A DNA stretch of 63,284 bases, counting the filler, from Asterionella formosa (taxonomy: Eukaryota): assembly GCA_002256025.1 (NCBI GenBank). It is 16 parts of 16 records of this genome, joined end to end, with 100 filler letters (N's around TTAATTAATTAA, not from the genome) between each part and the next. Parts side by side here need not be neighbours in the genome. Positions count along the whole stretch, not along the records: positions 1 to 21,717 come from NKIB01002977.1; positions 21,818 to 43,405 come from NKIB01002996.1; 14 more parts are not named here. One strand, given 5' to 3'. The translations under genes and the position numbers were made by a program. Below the pieces are notes generated by a model, which was not told the DNA's origin, did no database searches, and saw only the letters and a program-made list of their open reading frames with translations. The number at the start of each line of letters is the position of its first letter. Within the stretch, counting starts at the first letter, position 1. Of this stretch, positions 13,093 to 25,976 are shown one piece after another.

Positions 13093-13219
13093 GCCCCCCT
13101 CTGTTCAACTATGGTTGCAACCAATCTTTAGGTCACTGCCTCTCATGGAGCACAAGCTTCGATAATTCTCCAGCTAACAGCCCTTCCTATTCAAAAAAAT
13201 ATCTAAAATATGTTCTAAG

Positions 13220-15415
13220 TAGTCTAGAAATAGGTGAACCTCACCTCGATTTTTTGCGCGTCTTTCGTAGAATTGCGCCCCAATCGGAATGTTTGCTATG
13301 GACCCCCCTTTTTCGTTGACCCTTCATTAGTAAATATACATAAGAAGAAGGATTTAGCATGAGAACAGCAACAATATATCGCCAATTGCTCGCTTCACAA
13401 CGACCTCAAAAGAGAGGCTGATGAGACCGTCAACATGGATGGCCAGCTCGTAATAAATCCAGGCATTCTCAACGTTTTATCTATATTATTCGACCTCTGT
13501 AGAAATGATTATTATTTGTCTAGAAATGCATGCTCGTGAGTTTATTTAGCAATATCTCTTTGGTCCTAATAGCCAATATGATATGATGCAGGTCTGTACT
13601 AGAATGGCCAATGAAAATCAATAGACCTATAATCACTTCATATGTAGTATCGCTATGTTCGGATGCGGTTGGTTTTTGGATTGCTTGTCTTCTCGTGGTA
13701 TTCATGTACTCACATCATCCACATTTCTTCGGATAAACGATGATATCGGTTTATCTGATGTTGGTGCCAAATTTTTGCCCCGTTCATTTATGTGCTTAAT
13801 GGATATTCTAGTCACACATCCTAAATGTATACGTGACACTAAAACAAGAACCATGCATGATTTAAGCTAAAATTTAACGCTCATTTTGAACACGTTGTTA
13901 CAATATACATGCTGTAGACTTGGTATGATCATCCTCCTTACGAGACAAGAATTTTATATTGTTTGCTTCTCATATTCATTGATTCTATGTATGCCCGATT
14001 TCGTCCTCATAATCATAATTCTCACTCTATCCTGCCTGCCGTTGCTTATTTCGGGCTTGCATCAGGGACCTTTCGACTTTCGTTTCTTCCCATCTTTTGC
14101 TGCTATTTATGATAGTTACAGTGAATTGGTGATTAAAACAGTGAAACACTGAATGTATAATGTAGATAGATACTATAGGTCGAATTTCCGATTTGATTGC
14201 TACCATCGCTGTTTGTCGTTCCGTACTGTCATTTTGGTTCGATTGTATTTATCTACACAAGGGCCAATGTATTTATCAATGCCTAATCTTTGAAGACGTA
14301 TTGCTGTTGATCTTATTTGTTGATTTGTACAGTCATTGATCATGATGTCAATATTGCCGCTAAGCAATGCTTTTTTGTACTAACACGCTGTGTTACCTTG
14401 CTACACAGAGTTCGTATCATAATCTTCGAATCAATATTCAGATAGAGGAGGGAGTCGATAGAGGAGCAGCCTGGAAATCATGCTAGTTCAGAATTGAATG
14501 GAATGGAATAATCAAGATTGTTTGGTGGGAGGAACGACTGTGGGCGGAAGGACTGCTACTTGTGTCAGGCTACAGTTATGTGTGTGGTTGCAGGAAACAG
14601 ATCATCTAGCTACACTTCAAAATGATTAAGATCTCAATTGGGTTCGGCTTTTTTCTTCTCTTCTGTTTTGTTTCACTCTTCGATTGTGTGATGGAAGTCA
14701 ATGTTGTCTGTGTAAGTACTACGATGCATATGTCTCCACTAAAACTCATATTTTTGACTTCATTTCTACCCTAAAACAATGTTTTCTATTTCTCATTTGA
14801 GGCTATTACCTAGTGCATTGCATATCATAATTTGGTTGCTCCAAAAATCAAGTTCAATTTTCATTGATATTGTATGTTACAATCATTCTCATATGTTTCA
14901 CTCTTGTTTTACCAATTTCTGGCTGTCATGCTAAAATCGGCAATTTTAATACTGAAAAATTCGATGTGCCCAATATTGCCCCTAAATAAAAATTACCAAT
15001 GAAATTACCTACAGCCTAAAATTATTTACTAGAAGCACCCAAATGGCAAGACAATAGCTGGAGTGGGAATTGCTGAAGGCAATACACGCCCGAGTTGGTC
15101 TCTTGCCTGCGAGTATACATGTGTTCGAGGCTGGGTGGCGCGAGTAGGTTGACCATACGAGTAATGTCAATTTTAGCCTACTATTGCCCATCATAAAAAA
15201 TATATTTTGTATATTTCCTATCTTCACCTCGAAAATTACCAAAGGTCCGATATTGCCCATCATTAAAATATATTTTATCTATTTCATATCTTCGCATTTT
15301 GGCAAGACAACAGACGCCAATTGCCCCTGGGTTTTCCAGCCCTGGGATTGCCGAAATTGGCAAGGGGTCTACTTAAGGAAACCATTTTATATACTCTACA
15401 GATTCTCATAATTTA
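13220..15415. repeat. unclassified ~2.2-kb repeat, copy 1
   Basis: Colinear, visibly diverged similarity to 15418-15779 plus 20076-21360 (e.g. ggatgcggttg...ggattgcttgtcttctcg; ctcactctatc.tgcctgcc; aagcaatgctttt; catgctaaaatcggcaatttta; cccaaatggcaagac.atagctggag). Confidence 0.75.
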
Positions 15416-15779
15416 TATCTAGAATTCACCTCGTTTTTTTCGTCTCCTGAAAAGTGGACTCCGGCAATTCACCTTTCACCATGCCAATCGTCGTCCATCA
15501 TGACCGGCGGTTTGAAGCGAAATCAGTTCCGCGATGACGCCAGTAGCGATTCTTTGCCTAACGGATGCGGTTGATTGTTGGATTGCTTGTCTTCTCGAGG
15601 TATTCATGGAATCACATCGTTCATATTTCGTCGGACGAACAATGATATCGATACATCTGATGTTGGCGGCAAGTTTTTGCTCCGGTCATGTATGTACCGG
15701 TAATGATGCTTAACGGATATTCTACCGGTACCGGCAGTCATCAATTCTACATACGTACGTGGTACTAAAAACAACCATG

Positions 15780-18700
15780 TGTTGAAACCACAATGTTCTC
15801 AATATGTAGTCGTCTTCGTCTGGACTTTTAACCCTAGTACATAGGAATGCGACCGCAGTTTGTATGTTGGGACGTGCCCATTTGCATAGGAACAGCAGCT
15901 TAGCAGTGTTGTGATGGTATAGCTCGGCCGTTTTTACATCCAGGCAGTTTAGTGGTTTTGTCATTAACATCGAATAGGTGCTTTCCAGCCGGATTTGGTG
16001 CAGTTCCATCCATGTCTGGTGACAAGTCATTCATCATCTCTTTGATGTAGTCAATCATTGTGAATTGAACTTTCCCTTTTTCATTGAAGTTGATATTCAT
16101 TCCAAGATATTCATGGACCTTTCCACGCGTTTTTGTGAGCGGTGCTGCGACTCCAAATTCGGTCTCGAGTAGGTCAATTGCCTTGGTGACAACAGCAGCG
16201 TCCACATGCGATATTTTGAGATCATCGACGTGCCATAATATTGTGCATTGCTTTCCGTCAATGACTTTGTTCATCACACATGAGTCATATGGGTTTAGCT
16301 CAAATCCCCATTTGCCAAGCTGCGAGCTGAGTCGTCTCCAGAACAGTAGTGCCGCCTTGAGGGTCCCATACAGCGCCTTTTTTAGTTCAACGTGTATATG
16401 TTCGCGATATAATTTTGGGTCAATGCGCACCAGGAGCTCAGCCATTTTTCCTTCAAGCTTCATATGAACTAGATCATCCATGTCAGCTTGCATGAATGCG
16501 CCAGGAATATCAACCGTGGCTACGTCTCGCTCTTCTAGCGCACCAAGCACGCATGATAGCATGACTGACTCAATTGCGACAGTTGGAGAGCTAGCTTCTT
16601 CCTTAGTTGTGTACTGACGTTGCTTCCGACCATCAGCACAACCACGGCCCTTGATTGTTCCATTGCGTTTTGGTTTCAAAAACATGAGGTATTGTAGTGC
16701 ATCTGTGCGCTGCTCATGTGATAAGTTTTTTGTAGGTTTGAGTACTCCACGTTCATGTAATTGGTTCAATTCCTTAAGCACAGCCTCCACACCAGCTTCG
16801 CCAAATACTTGTAGCCCTTTCTTTATGTTGTGTTGGGTCATGACGGTGCCTTCTAGTGTGACATGTAGGTCACTATAGTCGCGAGGCTTGCGAGCCCGTA
16901 GATCGTATTGGTGTTGTCTCTGGCCATATGCGGCGTCCATTTGTTGAATCCGTTGTTCGATACTGGGTTCCTCGTCGGCCTCTTCTTCATTGTTGGGTTC
17001 GGCAGTGTTTTCGTTTATTCCGTGGCTTCGAGATCGTATTCGTCTCCATCTTCTACATCGCTATCTTCGGGAATGGATTCGTTGCTACCTTCTACATCGC
17101 TATTGTCATTCACTCCTACGATGTGGACGGGTGCGGCATCAGCGTTGTCGTCATCATCTTCGTCAGTATTGTCATTGTTGGCTGGATCAAAGGTGTCATC
17201 GTCAACATCGTCATGCGGCTCATCTTCAATCTGACCGCGTTTTGTGGCAAAGTATAGGGTGACTTCAGTTTCATCCCGACGTGACATTTTGTGATTGCGA
17301 TCGATAACATCAGTGGGCATTGGCATCACAGTCCAATGGCTGCGGTTTAGGACGCGACCTGTGCTTAGGCTGAAAAAGAAGTGCCCTCCCTGGTGGTTTC
17401 CTGTTGGGCGTAGGGCAATGGCCCCCGACCGTGCATGCAGTCATGCTGTTATCGTGTTCCTCGTGGACTTGTGCGTATGTTCCAAACTCAAGTTTACAGT
17501 GATGGTTGTAGTCAATGGTCATGCCTGAAATTATAGTGCGTGGACTGAGAGTGGGAGATATTTCATCGTGAGCTGGGAAACTGTTTAGTCAGAACCCACA
17601 ATAATAGACAAGCTCGATAATCATACGAGCTGGCATTTTGGCGAATGGTAACATGTTGTAGACAGATCGCACTTGTTCTTTAAGTGTGCAAATGTGACGT
17701 TCAACCTCAGGGACATCCTCGTCATTTGCAGAACTGTTGAGTGTCATTCCCATTTCGGCTAAGTTGGCCCGCAGTCCTTCAAATTGTCCATCCATGATGA
17801 TTGTTTCGATGTGGAAACCTCTTTTTATGTAGAGTTTGCGTACATTGTCAATGGCCTTGATTATTGTTGGTAGCCGTTGGTTTTCGAGGAGCTCATATGT
17901 GCTAAATTTGATGTGTCTTGATATGTTGACGAGGAAGGGCATACTGTTGACAAACATGATGTCACCTGCAAGCGTCACAACACGGTACTTATCGATAACC
18001 CTGGCGGGTATGGTGGTAGAGTTGGTCCTCACTGGCACTGAACTACGGTGCACTGTTTTCCCTTTTAGCGAGCCCACATCGGGCCCAAAGATTCGTTCTG
18101 CCGCTATAATGTCATCGCGTGTGATTGGGCAGTTTGGGAACAGGTTGTTCTCGACAATCTTGATGAATGTGCGGGTACTAGGACGTCCAATAATCTTCTG
18201 TATCTTTCGGGCTAGCACAGCTTGTGAGTAGTCACATTGGGAGTAGCTAGTATGGTTATCTTCTACCGTATTGATAAGTGTGACTCCAGAGCTATCCTTT
18301 GTATCCATGTAGTATAGGCCTTTCATTGACTGTTTGAACACTCTATAGGTTCCGTCCGGTTTGTGAACATGGAATGCATTGCCCTGGCTGCTTTCAAATG
18401 TTACCCTGTATCCATGCTCTTTGACATGTGCGAGGGTCAGGATGTTCGCGATTCCCTTTGGATTGTACCATACTGTTCCATATCCATGAAGGTCTCCTAT
18501 GAGTTGGGTGCTGATTATACTAGCGTTGCAGTGGATATCCATCTTACTGGTGTGGACACGGATGTTGCGTAGGAGTTCCGCATTATGGAACACATCAACT
18601 GTAGACTGGTTGGGCCCAATTTTCAGACTCACTCCTCCTTGATTTAGAAATTGGAAGTGTACATTTTCCTCGAATTCTCCCTCATGCACACCATCCATTA

Positions 18701-20075
18701 GTAGTGTGGTGGCTGACTGGGTCAATGTCGTTTCAGCTGTGGGAGGAGCACTGGTGGTCAAATTCCTAGGGACAGGTGCAGGCTCCTCACATTTCGTAGC
18801 GTAGTGCCCCTTCTTTTGGCATCGGTGGCACATGATGTGTGCCTTTCCTTTTGGACTTTTCCGTGCGCCATTCTCGCTGTTGTTGTTCAGTGTCGTTCCA
18901 TCCTCATCATCCACGTTGTGAAAGGATATGCCATCACCAACTGCCCCTACTTCGCGTAGCCCATGCCGTGGATCCTGCTTCCAGTTTGTTAGTAGATGGA
19001 AGGCTGCACTGACGGTCTTGGGGTAGTTGTTTCGTCCTTGTAGGAAGTCGTTTTCCATATTTTCAACCAGGCGGCCGTAGCGTACACGATCAGCTCCTAC
19101 TAGGAATGCTACTGCTGTGAATCGCTCGAGTACCTCTGCCTTGAGTTCAGTTAGCTGTTGATCATTCACATTCTCCTTGCCAGTTGTCTCAATTCCTGAG
19201 TCGCCCGCAATGGTCCCTTCGCTGTGATCAAAAACATCTAGCATATTCTGGAAGTGTTCTAGGTAGACCTGTGTCGTCATGTTTCGTCCCTGGACACACA
19301 TATAGAACCTGCGTTTGGATTTGTATAGAGAGTGAGGCAGGTATTTCTGGCTTTGGAAGTTTTAGTTGATGTCCTTGATGACTTTAAGGAGAGTCAAACC
19401 ATTACCTTCCATTGACCTTGTTTCAAATATGTCTGTGGCCTCAACCTTCTGCTGCATTATATCCGTGCATTGTCCCCATATGTTTTCTTTGAGGTATGTT
19501 GACCTCTTTACAAACTCATCCACTTCTTTCTCCCAAATTCGTTCATCTGTGCGTGTAGAATCCTTTGGTGGATCCTTAGGTGTAGTGATGCTGACCATCT
19601 CAAGGTTCTCAACCACCAATCGTATGTCACCACTGTATTTGTAGGTGCGCCCTACAAAGCCTGCAATCTCCTTCGTCGTCTTCGCGAATAGATCTGCTTG
19701 CTTCATATCCGAGCAGTCATACACATTTCCTTTTAATTCGTTGCATTTGCCTTCGAATTTCGTTGCGGCTGGTGTCCGGGATGCCTGTTGCTTTCCGAAG
19801 TTGAAGCGACCTCTTTTCTTGGCATCAATGCCGAAATCCTTGTCAACCTTCGTGACGGCGTCCCCACCTTCTGTTTTTACCTTGTCCATCTTGTTTACTC
19901 TTTAATTTAATTATGTTGAAACCACAATGTTCTCAATATGTCTTCGTGTCCATGAAACAACGAATCCGACGAAAAAAGCACACCGGGATGGTATCATTTA
20001 TAAAACTGCGATCACTGTCAGTATCAGTGTAATTGGTGTAACCGTTACCGACGTGTCCGTTACACATATTCAACA
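15780..20075 (-). mobile_element. Ty1/copia (CoDi-like) LTR retrotransposon A, decayed and 3'-deleted
   Basis: 5-bp TSD CCATG (15775-15779, 20076-20080). Gag starts at 19889 with CHRCQKKGHYATKC knuckle, then integrase (GDIMFV...MDGQF...PEVER) and RT (DIPGAF, LYGT, WHVDDL). Frameshifts and stops are present; RNase H is missing and only 28 bp of the 3' LTR remain (15780-15807). Confidence 0.93.
19914..20075 (-). repeat. 5' LTR of Copia A (162 bp, TGTTGAA...TTCAACA)
   Basis: Inverted termini. The first 28 bp on the + strand are identical to 15780-15807, and the TSD is adjacent. Confidence 0.9.
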
Positions 20076-21435
20076 CCATGCATGGTTTAAGCTATGCTTT
20101 AACGCTTACTTTGAACACGTTATAATATTATCTCTGTAGACTCGGTATTATTTTTACGAGACCTGAAATGTTGAATTATATCGTTCACATATTCATTGAT
20201 TTTACGTACCATATGCCCAATTTCGTCCTCACAAATATAGTTCTCACTCTATCTTGCCTGCCTTTGCTCTATTCGGGCTTGCAATAGGCAACGTTCGTCT
20301 TTCTTTGATCCCATCGTTTGCTGCTTGTTATGCTAGTTGAAGCGGATCGGTGAGTACAACAGTGAAATACTGAATGTGGATTGTAGATCGTATTTATCGA
20401 CTTTCCGATTTGATTGCCTCCGTGGTTTGTTTTGATCGCTTCCATCGTTGTTTGTCGTTACGCACTGTCGTTTTGTTTTGATTGTACATATCTACATAAG
20501 AACCAATGCATTTATCAATGACTACTCATTGAAGATGTGGTATTGTGCCGTTGTTGATCGTATTTGTTGATTTGCATAGTCGTTGACAATGATATCAATA
20601 TTGCTGCCAAGCAATGCTTTTCTTGTACTAACGCGCTTTGCTACATCTCTACTACGAGTTCGTATCAGAAGCTACATGAATACTCAGCTAGAGAGAGTCA
20701 ATAGTTCTGGAGCAGCGTGGCGATCACGCTTGCTCAGAATGGAATGATCAGAGTTGCTTGTTTGGTGGGCAGCGGAGAGGAATGACTGTGGCGGAAATAC
20801 TGCTACTGGTGTCAGGCTACCACAGCGATGCGCATGGTTGCAGAAACCAGACCATTTACGCTACATAACGATGTAGGTCAAGATTGGGTTCAGCTTTTCC
20901 CTTCTTATTTTGGTCTTCGATTGTGTGGTGATGGAAAGTCAATGTTGCCTGGTGTGTAAGTACTACAATGATTCACAATGCATACGTCTCCATTGGAACT
21001 CTTATTTTTTAAATTTTATTTCTAACCCAAAACAATTTTTTCTATTTCTCATTTGATGCTACTTATTACATCGCATTTCATACTTTGGTTGCTCCAAAAA
21101 CATCATGTTAAATTTTCGATGATGTTGCATGTTACAATCATTCTCGTGTGTTTTACGCTTGTTGTACCATCTCTATGCATATTACCGTTATTTTGGTTGT
21201 CATGCTAAAATCGGCAATTTTATTGCCGAAAAATTCGATGTGCCCCATATAGCCCTTAAATAAAAATTACTTAGGAAATTACTTAGAGACTAAAAATTAC
21301 TTAGAAGTACCCAAATGGCAAGACGATAGCTGGAGCGGGAATTGCCATGTAATTTACCACCGTTCCGGAGTACACCATTAGCTTATATCATCACAGTTTT
21401 GGCGTTTGCTTGAGTTGTTAAATATTGTCAGGAAA

Positions 21436-21500
21436 GGGAATGCATGACTTAGTGGTTTAGCACGTTGCCTTTGATCTGAGGTTGTTGTGAGGTTAGATTG
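21436..21500 (+). mobile_element. SINE family A head fragment
   Basis: cttagtggtttagcacgttgcctttgatctgagg is identical to 7237-7270. Confidence 0.7.
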
Positions 21501-21590
21501 ATTTTACATATACTGTACCCGATTTCGTCCTCACAATTATACTTCTTCTCACTCTATCCTGCCTGCTGTTGCTCAATTCGGGCTCACATC

Positions 21591-21717
21591 TGTTGAAATT
21601 GCGTCCCGAAGCACTCTATGCTTTCTTGTATCCTGTAAGGACACGTCAGGGACCAAATAGGCTGTAGATATAACAACGATGTCTCCGTGATCGATTGTAA
21701 TCGTTCCTAAGAGTTTT
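21591..21717 (-). repeat. LTR of Copia family B, cut by contig end
   Basis: Near-identical (1-bp indel) to 42370-42497 and begins with TGTTGAA. Confidence 0.9.
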
Positions 21718-21817
21718 NNNNNNNNNNNNNNNNNNNNNNNNNNNNNNNNNNNNNNNNNNNNTTAATTAATTAANNNNNNNNNNNNNNNNNNNNNNNNNNN
21801 NNNNNNNNNNNNNNNNN
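21718..21817. other. artificial contig linker (N44-TTAATTAATTAA-N44); 14 further identical linkers between 43406 and 61966
   Basis: Identical 100-bp spacers with stops in all six frames. Contigs after 43505 are 1321, 1320 and 1319 bp long in descending order. Confidence 0.98.
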
Positions 21818-22022
21818 ACGAAATTTCGAAAAGTCAAATGAATTATTTGAAACATCAACTAATTCAGTCTCGCGTTCAAAATTCATTGTGAAAACTTCAC
21901 ATGAAGCAGTTAAAACTTCACATGAAACCGTTAAAAGTAATCTTTTTTACGTGAAGAGTGGCATTAATGCATGTGAAGTACCACATAATTAACACTCATA
22001 CGTAGACGAAATTTCGAAAAGT
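21818..22022. repeat. satellite 1, 188-bp unit, at contig edge
   Basis: acgaaatttcgaaaagt at 21818 and 22006 gives a period of 188. The sequence is the reverse complement of 42892-43210. Confidence 0.85.
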
Positions 22023-23333
22023 GGCGTATTTCGCGGCTTAGATGATGTAGAAAATCAAGGAAAGCACATGTGATTACTACTAGTTAGTACTAGGTGGACG
22101 TTTCACAGGAATGAGAGAAACAAACTTAAACTGGTGCAACAACAACACTTGTGATAGCTACTAGAGGGAACAAAGAATGATAAAGTGTTATTGGAATTTT
22201 TTTTTCATACATCATGTAAGAAAGGCTAAAAAGTAATCCTACAATTAGAAGGTTGTAGCATGTCATGCACATCATGCTTTCATTCTCAATTCTGGAGAAG
22301 GGTCAGACAAGGATCATGGAGGATGCACATGGATGCGCTTTAAGGGAAAGATGTGTTCAATGTCATGGTTATCACATCATATCAAGTGAGCCAAAAATCT
22401 CAGGGCTAACATCTTGGAAAATTTTCGGATATGGATGGTCACCAAAACTGGGGGCAGAGGCAGGTCAGGAGGTTTCATTTTGGAGAAATTGATTGCAGTG
22501 AGTTAAAGAGGGAAGTGATCCAACAAAAAATCATAAATCAAAAACCAGCACTTATATTTAATTACTCCTACACTTGGAAAGCAAGTTCATCAAAATAAAT
22601 TACATGATGCATGTTGGATGAATATGATGGTGCAAGAAGTATTTGCAGAATTGCACAGCTTGCACTATACTGATGGTACAGGGTTGGCATCCCAATGTTC
22701 AAGTATTTTTTAGATAGATCTATACCATCAGACAAAGAAGGCTATAGATAGAGACATTCATTTCTCTTTTGTTTCTATATTCTTATTGCTGTGTTACTAA
22801 ACTAGTTTAGGTTGTTCGGTTTGAATAAACAAACAAACTGTTCTCCAAATGCTGATTGCATTTCTAGAAACATACATTCATAGGTAGACCCATGTCATAG
22901 GTTTATGACCATTGATCATTCAATTCAAACTATCAGTCTTCCAAAATAGCTTATATCATCCAGCTCATTATGGACGGAGTAACAACATAGAATGTGTGGT
23001 TGATGAGAGCTTGGTACATCAGAGTCGACTCGTTTGACTGTGAGTCATAACTACGAACCGGTACCTGTAGATGAGCTCACTAAATCAGTACCTGGTACCA
23101 GGTACCAGTACCTTGTACCATCATAATGAAAAAGGTGCACCGGCGGTAGTACCCGTAGGTACTAGAATTTGTATAAATACCCGTATTACGGTACTCCTAT
23201 ACCTACTATACCTTAGTCTATCAGGTTGTGACAATCATCATCGTGATAGTATCATGATAGCAGATCGCATCATCCATTATTTTGTTCCTTCACGACATTT
23301 TAAAAATCGGCGCATTCATTGTAATACATCGCG

Positions 23334-23984
23334 ATGAGAAAATCTTCTCTAACCCCCACGGGGAGAATCCGAAAGAATGCTCGATCAACAGTGCGAGGCA
23401 AGGCGCCTGGAAAGCGTAGTCGATCAGGCCGACGGAGCGCTACCAGCAATATCGACGCCAAAGCGTCGGGGGCTGGCAAGTCGTCAGTTCAACAAGTTCG
23501 GAAGTGGATCAGAGTCATGCGGCCACCGGCTCCAGGCATCACCTTCAAAGTACCCATGTGGGTTCCAGTCGAAAAGTTAACGCGATGCGAGCGTGACAAA
23601 TACCTTGCAGCCGCAGAGACGACAGAAGGACAGACAGGTTCTTCTCCTGACGATGCTGCTCTATCGGAAGCATCAGCCACTACTCCTATTGATCCTGTGC
23701 GGATGGATGCACCGGGACATGCTATTGATGTGTCAGAAGCACCTGTAGTGCAATCATTATCGTTGCCATACGACATGGAATCCCAAACTCTGGAGGACGC
23801 TGCCATTGCACCATTGTTTCATTCCATGGTGACAGACCCAGTTATATCATCTACACTTCCAACAAATATTTTTGCTTCGGCACCAGTAGTAGGTGCCTCC
23901 CAAGCGCAAGTAGTTGCTACCCCTATGCCCGATGAACCACTAGCGAAAAAGCCAAGGGTTGAAGAAGAATACCCATTATACTAA
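23334..23984 (+). CDS. nuclear protein with BCL7-like N-terminal motif (putative SWI/SNF-BAF accessory subunit)
   Basis: Arg/Lys-rich N-terminus, VRKW-x17-WVPV motif, disordered acidic/Pro tail and C-terminal PLAKKPR NLS. Palindrome cluster directly upstream. Confidence 0.6.
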   Translation: MRKSSLTPTGRIRKNARSTVRGKAPGKRSRSGRRSATSNIDAKASGAGKSSVQQVRKWIRVMRPPAPGITFKVPMWVPVEKLTRCERDKYLAAAETTEGQTGSSPDDAALSEASATTPIDPVRMDAPGHAIDVSEAPVVQSLSLPYDMESQTLEDAAIAPLFHSMVTDPVISSTLPTNIFASAPVVGASQAQVVATPMPDEPLAKKPRVEEEYPLY

Positions 23985-24124
23985 ACTACATTTGAAAAAA
24001 GAAACATTGCTTCGTTGTTTTACTCGTCCATCTGTTGTTCCTTTTGCATTTATCTTGCTTGGGCCGCTCTGGATCAGTCCGTCTTCAGTATCAGATAAGC
24101 TACCGCGAACAGGTTCACTGTGTT

Positions 24125-25437
24125 TTACACCTTGGTATAATCCAACTTGGATTCCAACTTCTTATTGTCCAAAATCTTGCGAGCTGCCTTCATAAAATCT
24201 TCTTCCAACGTGTAATCGCGGTCATTTCGAATGGCAAACAGACCCGCTTCCGTACAAATATTGCGCATATCAGCTCCATTCAAACCGTCTGCCAATTTCA
24301 CGACTGACTCAAAGTCAATATCGCCCCGTTTGGTAATACCGGCAGCATGAATTTTTAGAATTTCAAGCCGCTGCGTCTCATTGGGTTCAGGGATTTCAAT
24401 CTTTCTATCCAAGCGGCCTGGACGCAACAATGCCGGATCTAAAATATCAGGCCGATTTGTTGCCATGACCATCTTGACTTGACCTTGTTCTTCAAAGCCA
24501 TCCATTTGATTCAAGAGTTCCATGAGGGTACGTTGAATTTCTCGATCGGCTGACGTTCCTTCACTGAAACGCGATCCACCAATGGCATCAATTTCATCCA
24601 TGAAAATGACGCAAGGTTCGTGGTCGCGAGCAAAACCAAACATTTCTCGAATGATACGGGCCGACTCCCCTATGTACTTGTCGACAATAGCAGAGGCGAC
24701 CACTTTGAGAAATGTAGCGCTTATGTTGGAAGCAAGGGCTCGGGCAAGGAGAGTCTTGCCCGTTCCTGGTGGGCCGTAGAGAAGAACACCTTTCGGCGCC
24801 TGCAGTGTGGTGGTGAGGTAATGAAACGTAATAAATAGTACACAAGGCTTGCAAATTGATGCAACAGTGGGTGAAATGACTGCAGCTCTCGGTCGTAGCA
24901 CAAAAAACAGCGTACCTTGATGCCAACTCTAACAAAGAGTTCAGGATTCGTCAGCGGAAGTTCAATGACTTCTCTGAGCTCTCTAATCTGTTCGTTCAAG
25001 CCTCCAATTTCGCTAAAGCTAACACCACCATCTTCTTCTCCTGACTGCATATGGAATACCGTGGGATCCACTTCTCTCGGCAAGACACGCATAATCGTCA
25101 AGGTGGTCATATCCAATGCTACTCTCGTCCCGGGCTTGAGCTTTTCATAATTCAACCTGGTCCGACATCCCACCACATAGCGAGGTCCGCTACTTGCTTT
25201 TACAATGAAACGTTCCGCGTCCAGTCGCTTCAATACGTCTCCGATGATTTGGCCCACCGATTGCAAGGCCGTCAAATCGTCCTCCGTCTTTTGGTATCGG
25301 TCGACTAAGCCACGGACATCTTCGCGCATTCGCTTCAACCGAGCCTCGACTTCTCGATGTTCGCGAATCTTGGAGCGGTATTGCTCCAGTACTTGTTCGC
25401 GCTCGTTAGCAGCGGATGGATCTCCAGCAGCAGACAT
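24125..25437 (-). CDS. RPT4: 26S proteasome AAA-ATPase subunit Rpt4 (PSMC6); exons 25437-24916, 24799-24125
   Basis: [16 protein letters not shown], Walker A GPPGTGKT, Walker [19 protein letters not shown] and C-terminal KKLESKLDY. In-frame GT-AG intron; 398 aa. Confidence 0.97.
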
Positions 25438-25666
25438 GGTGGATGATGGGAGAGAAAAATAGCAAACTGAGGGGGTTCAGTAAGTATTTCAAAGTCGTTG
25501 CTTTATATTATTAACACCCCGCGTCATCGTCGCGATACGACAGAAACTTCGATTTGCTTCGGAGCAGGATGTTGATTGCACGACAGGCAGGAGAGGTAAA
25601 GATGATGGAACCTGGAGTTCAAAGGTGAACTATTCTTTCGGTCGCAGAGGAAATGCCTTGCTATCA

Positions 25667-25852
25667 TACCGGTATCTCTATTAGCTCTATATGAAACTTA
25701 CTACCAGTACCAGGTACTGTACGACTACTGTATATATATATGCAGTATGTAGGATTACGGCACTGTTACCCTGATACCTGGTATGGTGTATTTTGCATTG
25801 GTATTGGTATGTCGTAGAGCCCATTATACCACCGGTATGCAATACCGGTACG
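25667..25852. promoter_or_regulatory. TA-flanked palindrome cluster in the divergent promoter of RPT4 and the 25977 gene
   Basis: taccggta, taccagtaccaggtactgta, tacctggta and taccggtacgta lie between two head-to-head ATGs. Confidence 0.5.
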
Positions 25853-25976
25853 TATTCTCAAAATGATAAACATTAGCGTTCGTCGTGATTTTCCAGTTTG
25901 CCTCAGTTCGAAAGCCTCAGCCATTTGCTACTTCTGGATGGCATATTAATCTCACTATAAGAAAAAGTCATATAGA

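Larger units (their letters stand above)
15418..21360. repeat. unclassified ~2-kb repeat, copy 2, interrupted by a Copia insertion
   Basis: Same motifs in the same order as copy 1. The empty site in copy 1 (aagaaccatgcatgatttaagc, ~13845-13870) matches the Copia junctions. A further fragment lies at ~21500-21585. Confidence 0.75.

Noticed and set aside
9321..25437. Proteasome gene cluster (RPN12 plus RPT4)
   Set aside because: The genes lie on different contigs separated by an artificial linker.
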